64,000 nt of DNA from a virus, in the IMG/VR virus record IMGVR_UViG_3300029985_000017, positions 64,001-128,000 of that record; one strand, written 5' to 3'. The notes beneath the pieces are model-generated. The model had not been told where the DNA came from, made no database searches, and saw nothing but the letters and a program-made list of their open reading frames with translations. Made by a program: the position numbers and the translations under genes. Each line of letters opens with the position of its first letter. Position 1 is the first letter of the stretch. This document shows positions 37,409 through 47,800 of this stretch, piece after piece.

Positions 37409-40400
37409 TTAGAATATAAACCAGGAGGAACCGTTTGAGACTAAAGAAAACGATTCATATTGAACATTGGTAGTAAGAGTATTAAAACCATCAATTAAAT
37501 CGGATCCAGCGCCCATAATAATCATGCTATTGGTGGTGGAATCTGTTTTCTTAAAATAAAACACTCTACTATTAGAACTTACAGCCGTTGGCAAGGTAAA
37601 AACGATATTGCCAGCAGTACAGTCTGCCAACAAGAACCCATCTGTGCCTAATACAGTGTAGGAACTAGTTTTAGTAGAAATATTGATTGGGCCATTTAGA
37701 GCATCTGCGCCAGTAGCTCCAGTTGGGCCTGCTGGACCGGTTGGACCTGGAGGGCCTTCTCCGCCACCACCGCCACCGCCGCCGCCGCCGCCAAATCTGA
37801 GTTCTAGTTCATCGCCAACGACTAAGCCGCCGCCTGGCAATGTTAGAATTTCAATTTGATTAGAAGGAGTTCCAGCAACTCCAACTTCAGAATATGCGCC
37901 ACTCTCAACGTCTAAAAACTGGCCATTTAAAAATACTTGTAGAGTTCCTTTGCCTACCGTATAATAAGAAACAACATCGCTTTCTCTAGAATTAAGAGGT
38001 AAGGTAATAATCGTACTATTAGCAACTGGACCATTTAAAGAAGAAGGAGGGGTAGCTCCAGAAGCAACAATTTCTATAGTTTCATCATAAGTTGGTGAAT
38101 CTAAACTGGCTTCTAGATTACCAAGAGATAAATCCAGCTTTTTGATGGCTAAAGTTAAATTATCTCCATCGTTAACTATGAAGTTACCTTGGCCAGTTCC
38201 TGCTTGGGTAGTTGCAAATGTAAATGGAGTGGTACCATTTGATATACCATTTGAAACACCGGACGAATTATTTGTTATTGTAACTACATCTCCGGTAGCA
38301 CTAGCAGCAAAATCGGCAAAAGGAAGATTATTATTCAAAGCAGCGGCTAACTTAGTAGCTACTTGAGCTGCTGTATCGCTAGTTAAAACATCTACTTCTA
38401 TAGCATCGTTAGTATTTGCAACTAAAGGCAATGAACCAGAACCATTTACTTTAAACCAAACTACATAATTTCGTGCATCTGCAGAAGAACTGGCCAAGAA
38501 ATAATGTGAGGGAGTTATTGTAGAACCGGCTGTGGTAGTGGTGGTACTAATTTGTGGCAATACTGCTTGACTAGTACCTTGATAGATATTATATGTAGAA
38601 ACGTATTCTGGAGTAGTGGAAGAATCAGTTGGGCTACCGATATAAGATAAGACGTTTTGAATTTGAGGTCCTGAAACATTTTCAGAAACACCATAAGACA
38701 AATCTAATCCAAGCCAACGAACATACACTCTTGGGAGTGATCCACCATCATCGTTTCTTGCTAGCAACCACGAGGTATTTGGATTGATGGGTACAGCACC
38801 ACGAGCTACAATATGAATTTGTCTTGCACTTGCTCCTACGCCCGGTAAGGTATATTCACCAAATGAATATTGGGAAGGGGCGCCGCCAGCACCGGTAGAA
38901 GTGCCGCTAAATGCACCGGTTAATGTTACTTGAGACGTAGAATTAACTGTCTGAATTTCATAATATCCAGCGTGAGTCCCACTTGATAGTTTAATCCAGT
39001 CGCCAGCTTCAAGTCCCGTAGTCCAAGTAACGCTGCCAACTGAAGAAACAATAGCGCTACTATTAGTCCAAATAAGATCTGGGGTAATAGCAGCATCACG
39101 AGTCAAAGTAATATAAGCTACTTGACCATCTGAAAGAGTTACCGAACTACCCGTTGGATTAGCCGCGATTTGATAATCAATATTTGAGCCAATCACTTTA
39201 AAATTTAATACATTAGACCAATTAATTTGACCTGGTTGGGTGGCAACCGGATTAATAAATGAAACCGTAGTGCTGCTAGAGACAGGAGAAAAAGCTATTG
39301 TAGAATCACCGGTACCACTAGATAGTGCGAGTGTTCCAGAAGATAGAGGGGCTCCAGTTCCTATAGCTAAAAGAGTTGCTCCAGTAACAATAGTGTTTTG
39401 AACCGTGAAATTAAATCCGTTATTGGTATAAATTGCACCTGCTGTAGCATTTGCTGACGAGACAGTAAAAGTATAGTACGTATTATCTTGAGACTCATTG
39501 CTCATCGTAACCGTAGAACCAGTAACTGACAAGACAGTAGTTCCACCAGTAAAGGCTTCGCCGCTAATATATTGACCGCTTGCAATTCCTACGGTAGAAG
39601 CCAATGAAGTAATTTGATTGCTACCTAATGTAACATTACCAGTAGTCGTTAAAATAGGAGTAGTGTCTGGAATAACACCATGACTGATGTTGCCGTTACT
39701 AGTGAGGATGGTGTTGACTGCGTCTTCTCTTAGTTGAGCGATGGAGCCGCTAGGACCTACGCCGATAGCAGAATACCAATAAGGACCACCGCCAATATAA
39801 AGCAATTCGGTCTCTACAGCATCAATCCAATCCTTAAGATCGGTAATAGCCTTATCACCACCGTAGAACGGGTTTGAAGAGTTAGTAAAAGTGGTGGGAG
39901 GATTCTCGGTCGTGCCCTCTGACCACGGGTACACATAATATGGATTAGGACTTGATCCACCGGTACCCAAACGAAACAACAGCGGCCTAGAATCGGTAAT
40001 AGAAACTACATTGTTTCCAGAATCGGTTAGAACTACTGCTAGATGCAATATATTTGAAGCCCAAGTTGTGGAGCTAATAACGAATTCATAATTCATTACG
40101 ATTGAAGCTGGAGCAATGGTGGAGTCTTCTTGATTCGTAGAAGGATCCCAAAGTTCGCGTTGAACGTCTGTGGTAGGATCTTGAAATCTGTAATAATCTA
40201 TACCGACATAGTTATTGGTTCCTGGTACGAAAGCACCAGAAACGTTAGAGACCGTGGCAGCATTCAGGGTCACATTAGGGGTTCCAGCAGGAACCAGGTA
40301 AATAGTACCCGATTGGGAAGCCGTGGTATGCATTAAGGCGCCATTAGACACTATAACCTGGAGATTAGAAGCGGCGCCACCAATTGGATTGGAGGCCATG

Positions 40401-40561
40401 TTGAGGGTGAATCCGTTAATAATATACGGATTGCCCGCACCAGTAACAAAGGCCTCAAAAGATGCATCAAAATCAGCACTTACAGCAGATTCTATCGCCC
40501 TCATATCGGGCGTATCTACTCTCATTTGGGAGAGCCAATTAACTCGGCGTTGGATGGACAT
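37409..40561 (-). CDS. Proximal tail fibre / baseplate-attached fibre (1050 aa)
   Basis: Follows the baseplate genes. Beta-rich modules, poly-Gly, and a short collagen-like GPPGPTGPAGPTGATG stretch. Confidence 0.75.
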   Translation of the reverse strand: MSIQRRVNWLSQMRVDTPDMRAIESAVSADFDASFEAFVTGAGNPYIINGFTLNMASNPIGGAASNLQVIVSNGALMHTTASQSGTIYLVPAGTPNVTLNAATVSNVSGAFVPGTNNYVGIDYYRFQDPTTDVQRELWDPSTNQEDSTIAPASIVMNYEFVISSTTWASNILHLAVVLTDSGNNVVSITDSRPLLFRLGTGGSSPNPYYVYPWSEGTTENPPTTFTNSSNPFYGGDKAITDLKDWIDAVETELLYIGGGPYWYSAIGVGPSGSIAQLREDAVNTILTSNGNISHGVIPDTTPILTTTGNVTLGSNQITSLASTVGIASGQYISGEAFTGGTTVLSVTGSTVTMSNESQDNTYYTFTVSSANATAGAIYTNNGFNFTVQNTIVTGATLLAIGTGAPLSSGTLALSSGTGDSTIAFSPVSSSTTVSFINPVATQPGQINWSNVLNFKVIGSNIDYQIAANPTGSSVTLSDGQVAYITLTRDAAITPDLIWTNSSAIVSSVGSVTWTTGLEAGDWIKLSSGTHAGYYEIQTVNSTSQVTLTGAFSGTSTGAGGAPSQYSFGEYTLPGVGASARQIHIVARGAVPINPNTSWLLARNDDGGSLPRVYVRWLGLDLSYGVSENVSGPQIQNVLSYIGSPTDSSTTPEYVSTYNIYQGTSQAVLPQISTTTTTAGSTITPSHYFLASSSADARNYVVWFKVNGSGSLPLVANTNDAIEVDVLTSDTAAQVATKLAAALNNNLPFADFAASATGDVVTITNNSSGVSNGISNGTTPFTFATTQAGTGQGNFIVNDGDNLTLAIKKLDLSLGNLEASLDSPTYDETIEIVASGATPPSSLNGPVANSTIITLPLNSRESDVVSYYTVGKGTLQVFLNGQFLDVESGAYSEVGVAGTPSNQIEILTLPGGGLVVGDELELRFGGGGGGGGGGGEGPPGPTGPAGPTGATGADALNGPINISTKTSSYTVLGTDGFLLADCTAGNIVFTLPTAVSSNSRVFYFKKTDSTTNSMIIMGAGSDLIDGFNTLTTNVQYESFSLVSNGSSWFIF

Positions 40562-40589
40562 GTACTACCCTCTGGAATGGACCTTAAAG

Positions 40590-40616
40590 TAAAGATTCCT
40601 ACCTTTTCTTATATCA
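40590..40616 (-). promoter_or_regulatory. Putative late promoter (TGATATA...AATCTTTA)
   Basis: The - strand reads TGATATAagaaaaggtaggAATCTTTA upstream of the 1050-aa fibre gene. Confidence 0.55.
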
Positions 40617-40640
40617 TTTAACCCTATTTATCTTAATAAC

Positions 40641-40670
40641 TTGACACGGAATCTTTACCTATGATAGTAT
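40641..40670 (+). promoter_or_regulatory. sigma70-type promoter, probably leaderless
   Basis: TTGACA-18-TAGTAT, with the ATG at 40677 six nt downstream. Confidence 0.6.
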
Positions 40671-40676
40671 ATAGGC

Positions 40677-41081
40677 ATGAGGGACATCATTTTGGGTAAG
40701 TCTAGAACGAATCGTCATGGTTTGACCAAAGAACAAGAGCTTGTTAAAGAAAATCAAGGACTTAAACGCGAAAATAGTAGGCTCCGGAAGCTTTTAGCTA
40801 GGGCAGATCTAAATCGTTATGAAAATGTTAAGGAAGCTGTAGAAGATCATGAACGAAATCTTGGACTTCCTACCACTCAGGATCTATTGGAATCATTGAA
40901 GAAAGAGTGGAAATGCCGAGAATGTACTGAAGGCTATCTAGAAATCATCGTTTATACGAAAATAGGAGATCCTTGGTACTTTAGAAAATGCTCAGATTTT
41001 GGTTGCAAAAATCGTACCAAGAGCCAAAAATATGACTCCAAATCCGTTCGTGGGATCATTAAGAAATCAACTGAAGAATAA
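40677..41081 (+). CDS. Coiled-coil protein with a C-terminal zinc ribbon
   Basis: CREC...CSDFGC. Confidence 0.65.
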   Translation: MRDIILGKSRTNRHGLTKEQELVKENQGLKRENSRLRKLLARADLNRYENVKEAVEDHERNLGLPTTQDLLESLKKEWKCRECTEGYLEIIVYTKIGDPWYFRKCSDFGCKNRTKSQKYDSKSVRGIIKKSTEE

Positions 41082-41086
41082 ATAGC

Positions 41087-41115
41087 TTGACTTTTCGAAT
41101 ATTCCTTGTTAGACT
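41087..41115 (+). promoter_or_regulatory. sigma70-type promoter
   Basis: TTGACT-17-TAGACT, followed by an AGGAG RBS. Confidence 0.7.
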
Positions 41116-41135
41116 GATAGCAGGAGAATATAAGA

Positions 41136-41582
41136 ATGACTTATTTATCTATTATAACTTCTGCCGCAAAAGCAGCTAAAGTCAGTGCTGTCCTTCTCTA
41201 TGCTATTTGTGCCCACGAAAGTCGTGATTTCACCTTAGACTATGCGCTGTATGACAATGGATCTCCAAGCTACGGCGTGTGTCAAGTTAAGGAAAATACA
41301 GCTAGGATGCTAGGATTCAAGGGCGATGCGATTGAATTGAGAAATGCCGTGGTGTCTACAAAATATGCCGCTCTTTATCTTAAGTATGAACAAGATAGGT
41401 ATGGAGAAAATGATTGGGTTGTTTTGACCGCTAGCTATAATGCGGGTAGCTATATTGAATCCGCAAAAAAGCCCGGTTTTCCAAAGAACTTAAAGTACGT
41501 TAAGCTAGTTCAAGCTAAGTTGCCAGATGAATACAAAGACCGTCTAAATGGAACAAACAAAGGGGGAGTCCCATGGAAGTAA
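41136..41582 (+). CDS. Lytic transglycosylase (SLT-like)
   Basis: AICAHES (catalytic Glu), GVCQV, ASYNAG and KYVKLV. Confidence 0.88.
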   Translation: MTYLSIITSAAKAAKVSAVLLYAICAHESRDFTLDYALYDNGSPSYGVCQVKENTARMLGFKGDAIELRNAVVSTKYAALYLKYEQDRYGENDWVVLTASYNAGSYIESAKKPGFPKNLKYVKLVQAKLPDEYKDRLNGTNKGGVPWK

Positions 41583-41887
41583 TTAAATTGACCAAAAAAA
41601 TGCTTAAGATGCATCCTGCTGATCTACTGATTAAGTTAGGTGCTGCTGATTTGAAGAAAAAAGTTGCATATCCACAACATGTCTATTTTTCAAGGGAAGA
41701 CTATAAAGAATTAGGAAATAATCTAAAAGCTTATGCTAAAAAAACAGCTCCATACACTTCCTCTAGGATAGTAAATTATTCTGTAGGCATGGACCTTCTC
41801 AACTTTGGTCCTAATGAAACACTTAAGGATGCCGTTCGTCCTGGTTGGGCATTGGTGGATAAAAAGGGAATTGCTAAGGAACAATAA
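41573..41887 (+). CDS. Hypothetical protein
   Basis: GGGGAG RBS. Confidence 0.7.
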   Translation: MEVIKLTKKMLKMHPADLLIKLGAADLKKKVAYPQHVYFSREDYKELGNNLKAYAKKTAPYTSSRIVNYSVGMDLLNFGPNETLKDAVRPGWALVDKKGIAKEQ

Positions 41888-42511
41888 ATGGAACGCAAAG
41901 GCATCTTTTTTTGGTCAGATTTACATATTGGTCACGCCAATGTTTTGAAATTTGATAATAGGCCATTTAAAGATTTGGATCATATGCATGAGGTTCTAAT
42001 AAATAACTATAATTCCACCGTAAAAGATGGGGTGTGTTATTTTTTAGGAGATATTGGACTTGGTAAATCAGATATAGTCCAAAAAGTCATTTCTAGAATG
42101 ATTGGAGTTAAAATCTGTATTCTTGGAAATCATGATAAGGGTGTTGAAGCCATGTATAAGGCTGGATTTGACGCTGTACTTTATGGAGCAACTATGCAAA
42201 TTGCTGGGGAACGTGTAACGCTTTCTCATTGCCCCTTGTTAGGCGTTTATCGTGAGCAATGCGAAGGTATGAATGGAACTAAGACAGGCGAAAATTGGCA
42301 TGGTGAGAGTCGTGAAAAAACAAAAATTTATACCATTAAAGATGAGGGCCAGTACCACCTTCATGGTCACATTCACAGTCCCAATGGTGGAAAAAGTCAA
42401 AAGATATCGGGAAGACAATACGATGTGGGAGTTGCGGCCAATGGGTATAAGCCTATTAGTATTTCGGTAATAGAGAGTTGGATTGCGAAAACAAAGGAAG
42501 AAAAGAAGTAA
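41888..42511 (+). CDS. Calcineurin-like metallophosphoesterase
   Basis: Motifs SDLHIGH, LGD, GNHD, HGHIH and DVGV. Confidence 0.9.
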   Translation: MERKGIFFWSDLHIGHANVLKFDNRPFKDLDHMHEVLINNYNSTVKDGVCYFLGDIGLGKSDIVQKVISRMIGVKICILGNHDKGVEAMYKAGFDAVLYGATMQIAGERVTLSHCPLLGVYREQCEGMNGTKTGENWHGESREKTKIYTIKDEGQYHLHGHIHSPNGGKSQKISGRQYDVGVAANGYKPISISVIESWIAKTKEEKK

Positions 42512-42940
42512 TCAGCTACGATCTAGAGCCCACAAAGGTACCATACCCTTAAAACTAAAATTAAGTTTGTAGGTTCCTTTAGTTGGAATAGAATGAGATT
42601 CACTTGTAACCTTTGCTTGTGGAATAAAAATAATATCTTCAGATGTTGAGCGATCAGTTACACGTAATGATACATAAGGATTCGCTGATTGATCGGTAAA
42701 CAATGGTCTAAGATTTTTAGCTTGCAAGCCGCCCGAATTCTTAAGACGGAACCCATTTACCTGGCCTGAAATAGTAACTTTATTTCCTGCAATTTCTTGT
42801 GGATATGGAGAATCAATACCATAAATCTCTTCTTCTCCGTAATCAACGGTAAATGAGATATCTGCAACTTCCTTATACTGTTGATTATTCCAGAAAATTT
42901 CTATTTGAGCACCTGTGATGGTTACTGGGATTGAAGACAT
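42512..42940 (-). CDS. Tail tube-like protein (baseplate-proximal tube subunit)
   Basis: 142 aa with EIYGIDS.YP.EI and a beta-rich tube-like pattern. GGAGG RBS. Follows the wedge genes. Confidence 0.6.
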   Translation of the reverse strand: MSSIPVTITGAQIEIFWNNQQYKEVADISFTVDYGEEEIYGIDSPYPQEIAGNKVTISGQVNGFRLKNSGGLQAKNLRPLFTDQSANPYVSLRVTDRSTSEDIIFIPQAKVTSESHSIPTKGTYKLNFSFKGMVPLWALDRS

Positions 42941-42941
42941 T

Positions 42942-44870
42942 TTATGTACCTCCCAGATCATTTACTGGATATTGGACTGATGTTGGGTTTGGACCATAGA
43001 CATATTTTATTTCTGAGTGAGAAGTTCCTGCGCCCCCCAAACCAATGTCGTTGGGATAAAGTATAACAAAATTAATTGTAATCCCAGCTGCTATTACTTG
43101 ATTAATCAAATCTTGGCAGTAAATACGGCCACCAACCACATCGGTTATTACGAAATCATAATCGCTACCATTAGTATTCACTACTACTGGTGCTTTGTTT
43201 AACACAACCCTAATCGATTGTCCTACAGGATGATCAAATTGTAAATTGTTTACTGGACTTAACAAAATCGTCGTACTAGACGGAACTGCAATAACATTAG
43301 CAATCTCCTGTGTAGATCCCCCATAATCGAAGACTACATATCCGGTGCCATTAGGAAATCCAGTGCTATCTACTACAAATACTACATCACCCGTAGTAGC
43401 GTTAACATCTTGCGTAAGAGTCGTAGCAACCCCACCAACCGTAAAAGGTTGTGTGGTATCAAACATATTTGGGCCAGGCTGATTAGGTTCTAATGATATA
43501 TTATAGCCCTGTGGGCCGCTACCTATGATATTAGCTGATCCTGTATAAGAAATGGTCAAAGTATTAGCTAAACTATTATTATAAATAGAAACGATATTAT
43601 CACTATTCACAATAGCGGTCAAATTGTTCGGAAGGGCATTTATAGCAGCAACCATATTTGTAACGGTTTCAAGAATAGTTCCACCAATTACAAAGTTAGC
43701 TCCTGCAACTAAAGTAATTCCAGAAGTAAGGCTAAAGGAATCGCCATTATTGGGTTGTGCGTTAAAAGTAAACGCCCCAAGTGGCGGATCATGTAAGTGG
43801 GCTGAACCCTCCCTACCCCTAGAAACGACTTGGGTGGTGGCAGGCATATAGATCTGAACAACATTGGTAGTAGTTTGATAAAGTGCGGCGTAGTACCCTT
43901 TAGATGCTATGGTTTGTTTATCTGGATAGAAAAATAGTACTGATGTATCCGTACCTTGTGTTACAACGCCTGTAGTTCCAATTGGATTATAAATCTGAAA
44001 ATAAGAACTTCCTGCTAATCCGCCTACAGCTGCTGTAATGGTATAAGTCCCTATATTAGCTGAAGAAGCAAATCCACCGCCATAAATATTTACATAATCT
44101 CCAACGGTAAGCTTTCCTAAATTAGGGTTTGCGCCACCAGACCATGTAAATCTAATCTGTCCATCCGATTGGGTTGTTAAAGTCCATTGAGTAGAAGAAT
44201 TCCCTCCGGCATTAACAGTAGAAGGGAATAAAAGAATATTCTGAGCACTACCACCTAAAACTGTTACCGAAGATCTTGGCCCAATGGTGCTGCTAACAAG
44301 TTCAACGTAATTACCAAGACCATTATTTTTAATGGTTGCTAATCCAGAAAGTCCTTGGCTATTTAAATAAGCTACAATTACATCTGCAACTTCTATCGCC
44401 TTAGCATTGGTTATATCGGTAAAATTGGCTGCTTGAAATGGAATAGTTACAGGTGCGCCACCGTCAAAGCTAACTATTAATGTGTCTCCACTTTGTAAGT
44501 TATATGGTTCTACAACAGTAGAAGAGTCTGTAGCTTTACAGTATTCATCTCCAAAAATTGCATCAAGTAGATTGTTAATTAGATCTCTTACCTGCTTACG
44601 ATTTTTTATTTGAAGTCCAATTTCTCTAAAAGAAGAATCAGAGATACCAATTTGAGGGGGGCGTGTAACTCCATATTGAGAAAGTAACAGATCGAGATAT
44701 TGGGCTGATGCTGTAGTAATAAAAAGCTGAGCATTTACTTGCTGCACAGAATTAACAAGATATGACGATCCCGTTGCTAAGGCATTTAAGACTGCATCAA
44801 CATTTTTGCCTTTAAGTGCGGGATTAAGATAGGATCTTAAACGTTTATATTCTGTTATATTATTTGCCAT
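42942..44870 (-). CDS. Baseplate wedge subunit (gpI/gp7-like)
   Basis: TASAQYLD...YGVTRP..ISDSSFRE N-terminus and a C-terminal AAGI. Lies downstream of the J-like gene. Confidence 0.65.
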   Translation of the reverse strand: MANNITEYKRLRSYLNPALKGKNVDAVLNALATGSSYLVNSVQQVNAQLFITTASAQYLDLLLSQYGVTRPPQIGISDSSFREIGLQIKNRKQVRDLINNLLDAIFGDEYCKATDSSTVVEPYNLQSGDTLIVSFDGGAPVTIPFQAANFTDITNAKAIEVADVIVAYLNSQGLSGLATIKNNGLGNYVELVSSTIGPRSSVTVLGGSAQNILLFPSTVNAGGNSSTQWTLTTQSDGQIRFTWSGGANPNLGKLTVGDYVNIYGGGFASSANIGTYTITAAVGGLAGSSYFQIYNPIGTTGVVTQGTDTSVLFFYPDKQTIASKGYYAALYQTTTNVVQIYMPATTQVVSRGREGSAHLHDPPLGAFTFNAQPNNGDSFSLTSGITLVAGANFVIGGTILETVTNMVAAINALPNNLTAIVNSDNIVSIYNNSLANTLTISYTGSANIIGSGPQGYNISLEPNQPGPNMFDTTQPFTVGGVATTLTQDVNATTGDVVFVVDSTGFPNGTGYVVFDYGGSTQEIANVIAVPSSTTILLSPVNNLQFDHPVGQSIRVVLNKAPVVVNTNGSDYDFVITDVVGGRIYCQDLINQVIAAGITINFVILYPNDIGLGGAGTSHSEIKYVYGPNPTSVQYPVNDLGGT

Positions 44871-44874
44871 ATAA

Positions 44875-47800
44875 TTAGCTTATCAAAGATACAGAAATAT
44901 TAGAAGGTTGTAAAACATATGTCTGCTCATTAGGCTGAACAGCAATCAAATCATGTGTAGGACTATAGAGAGGAGAACTAATTGCGACAGAAACTACTCC
45001 AGCTACAGTAGTACAGACTGCAACAATACTAGAAATTGCTATACTTTTTCCAACTGGATTTGAGTTTACCAGAGCTGCTACATTAGATTGTATTTGTTGT
45101 GCTACAGAACTAAAGGGTGCTCCCGTTTGCAAACGAACATCAATGGCTAAGGTAACAACCAGTGGCAAAGGTACGTCAACAAAAATATCGCTACCTGCTG
45201 CGGCTACGCCAGGAAATGTCAAAGGATCTGTTGGATCTCCATAAATAATTCTGTTGGCTTCTTGGATCAAACCGGTATTATATTTGTATCCATCAAGTCC
45301 TTCGTTAATTGTCGTTGGGAAGTTTAATTTATTAAGTGCAGTAACTTCTACTCCTGCTGCCTGATTAATCTTTTCATACTGTTGATAAGTATCAAAAAGA
45401 ATTTCATTTAAGTTAGTAGTTCCTGGTTGTGGTCCAACCAAATAAACATGCTTATAGCCCGTATACGCCACACCTTCGTCTACATAAATGGAAGACAATA
45501 ATCCGTTCAAATTAAATGAAGGGGTGCTATAAGCAGAGAAAGTAATGGTAGCATCGCCTATACCGCTGGTCAAGGTTAAAGTTCCAGAAGACAATGGATT
45601 GCCATTGCCGGTAGTAGACAGCGTAGTTCCGCCCGAAATGGTGCTGCTCACAGTAAAAAGTTGACCGTTATTTGTATAGGTAGCTCCGGTAGTGGCATTA
45701 GCAGCAGTAACAGTAAAGATATAAACCGTGCTTAAAACGCCATTAATTACGATTTGATTTTGATTAGGAACTTGGGTAATAGTATAGCTACCCGCATTTG
45801 CAGCTCCAAAAGCCGTACTTGAAAGTACCAAAACATCCCCTGGAATCGTAGCTTCATATTCATAGAAAGTTAATGAACTAGAAGTTAAAGTCTTTTCTTC
45901 TTCTATGTAATCTGTATTTTTAATCCAAAAGCTATCGTTAAAGGTCCTAATAACTCTATAAGTTCCTTGATTTGGAGCGGAGAAAGGAGCGCCAATAATA
46001 ACCGAATCACCTTCTTGCACACCTGTACTAGCTAAAAAGGTTGACCCAGCAGTAACAGCAAAGCTAGCTACTGTGGTAGCGTTAACATTGGTGACCTGTA
46101 GGGTGGTGGCAGTGCTGCCAGTTACCATGAACGTGCCGCTATTGGCTGGCGATCCAGTAACCATGATAGTCACTAAATTACCAATCGGTACCCCACTAAA
46201 ATTGGTGGTTCCACTTAAAACGGTATAAATAGAGTCATTTGTTTCAGAAACCAGTCCAATGCTTACCGTATCTCCTGTAGTACTTGCAAAATTAATGCTT
46301 TGTGTTAGATACTGAGGACTAGAAGTGCTATTTACATAACTAAAACAAACTAGTTCACCTTGCGCTTCTACTCTAAAAGTAAGACTACTTAGACCACTAA
46401 TAGCTCTGGGGGTGCCAAAATATCTTTGGGTAGAAAGTCCATTTGACAAAGTTACCGTACTTAAACCGGCTGAAGGGGAATTGGGAGTAAATACTACGTT
46501 AGTGTTATCACCTAATTCAGTCTGTTTTTGTTGTACGTTTGCAGCCTGCAAATAAAACCACTGTCCGCTTATTACATTGGATGAAGCAATAGTAGAAGCT
46601 GAAATAGCCGCATACTGATTATTAATGTTCAAAGCAGAATCAATTACAGGGAACGAATATCCATTTGCTGCTCCGCCTACAACTTCTATGTATCCTGCAG
46701 AACCGTATGTTTCCGAAGAAATTTCAAGTTCAGAATCCCTATTAGCAGTGTTAATAACACTAGCAGTAGACAATCCAGTTACAGCTTGGGTATTAATAAA
46801 CTTATTTACTTGATCAATCGTAGTAGGACTAAAAATGAGAGGTTCGCCGTTATTAAAAGAGTACCCTACATCTGAAGGCAATGCCAAAGGATTTTTAAGA
46901 ACAAATTGTGGAGAACCTGAAATATTGCTTGACAATAACCAGTTAACGCCATCTACAAGTTGCGTATTGGTGCTAGCAGTAATTATACCTGTGCCAGGTG
47001 TTCCACCTGAACCATCATTAACTACCGTAGCAGAGATGTAAGAAGATAGATTTGCATTAACATAAGCTGCTACCGTCGTTGCCGTAGTCGCTGGTGGAAT
47101 CGTGATAGTAAGATTAACCGTGTTACCAACAGTAACTGAGTAATTCAAAGCACTTGCACTAGGAGAATAAACATAACTAATTATAGTTTGCTGTCCACTT
47201 GATCCCCACACCACAGAGCGGTAAAGAATAGAGCTTTGTGAAGTAGTGCTACTCAAAGTTTTCTTAGCTTGCATCAATACTTTATAGTTATTAAAGCTAA
47301 AAGTAGAACCAAAGGACGTTACAAAACTACCAGTTGGAGCTAGATCGGTATCATATGCATTAAAATCGTTAGAATTAACTCCATAAGTGGCGTTAGTTAA
47401 AGCATGCCTATAAAGAGGTACTTGAAAGGTATTATTAACTGGATTATTGTCAATAATAGCAACCAAAGTATCTTTAGCGCCAAAAGAAAGTGGGCTTGAG
47501 GTAAAGAATCTATCATTGGTCCTAAGTCTTCTAACATCAGGATCTTGTGTAATTCCCACTACAGTTGCCGCAACAGTAGTTTCTTGTACCACTTCATTTG
47601 CGGGCTGTTCGTCATCAATTCCACCATAAGGATTAATAAAGGTAATGATCTCGTCGGGTTCTCTTCCGACAAGACTAATGGTAGAATTAAAACTGGACAC
47701 AAAAGTATCTGGTGGAAATGCATGGGTTCCAGAAGAAATAGTGCTATGGAAAAATGATGGCAGATAAGCACTAGCAGTATCTTGATGGGCTAAAATAGGA

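Noticed and set aside
25551-37800. CCGCCGCCA/poly-Gly and GGTG repeats as a CRISPR array or non-coding repeat
   Set aside because: They are in-frame codon repeats inside fibre genes and have no repeat-spacer periodicity.
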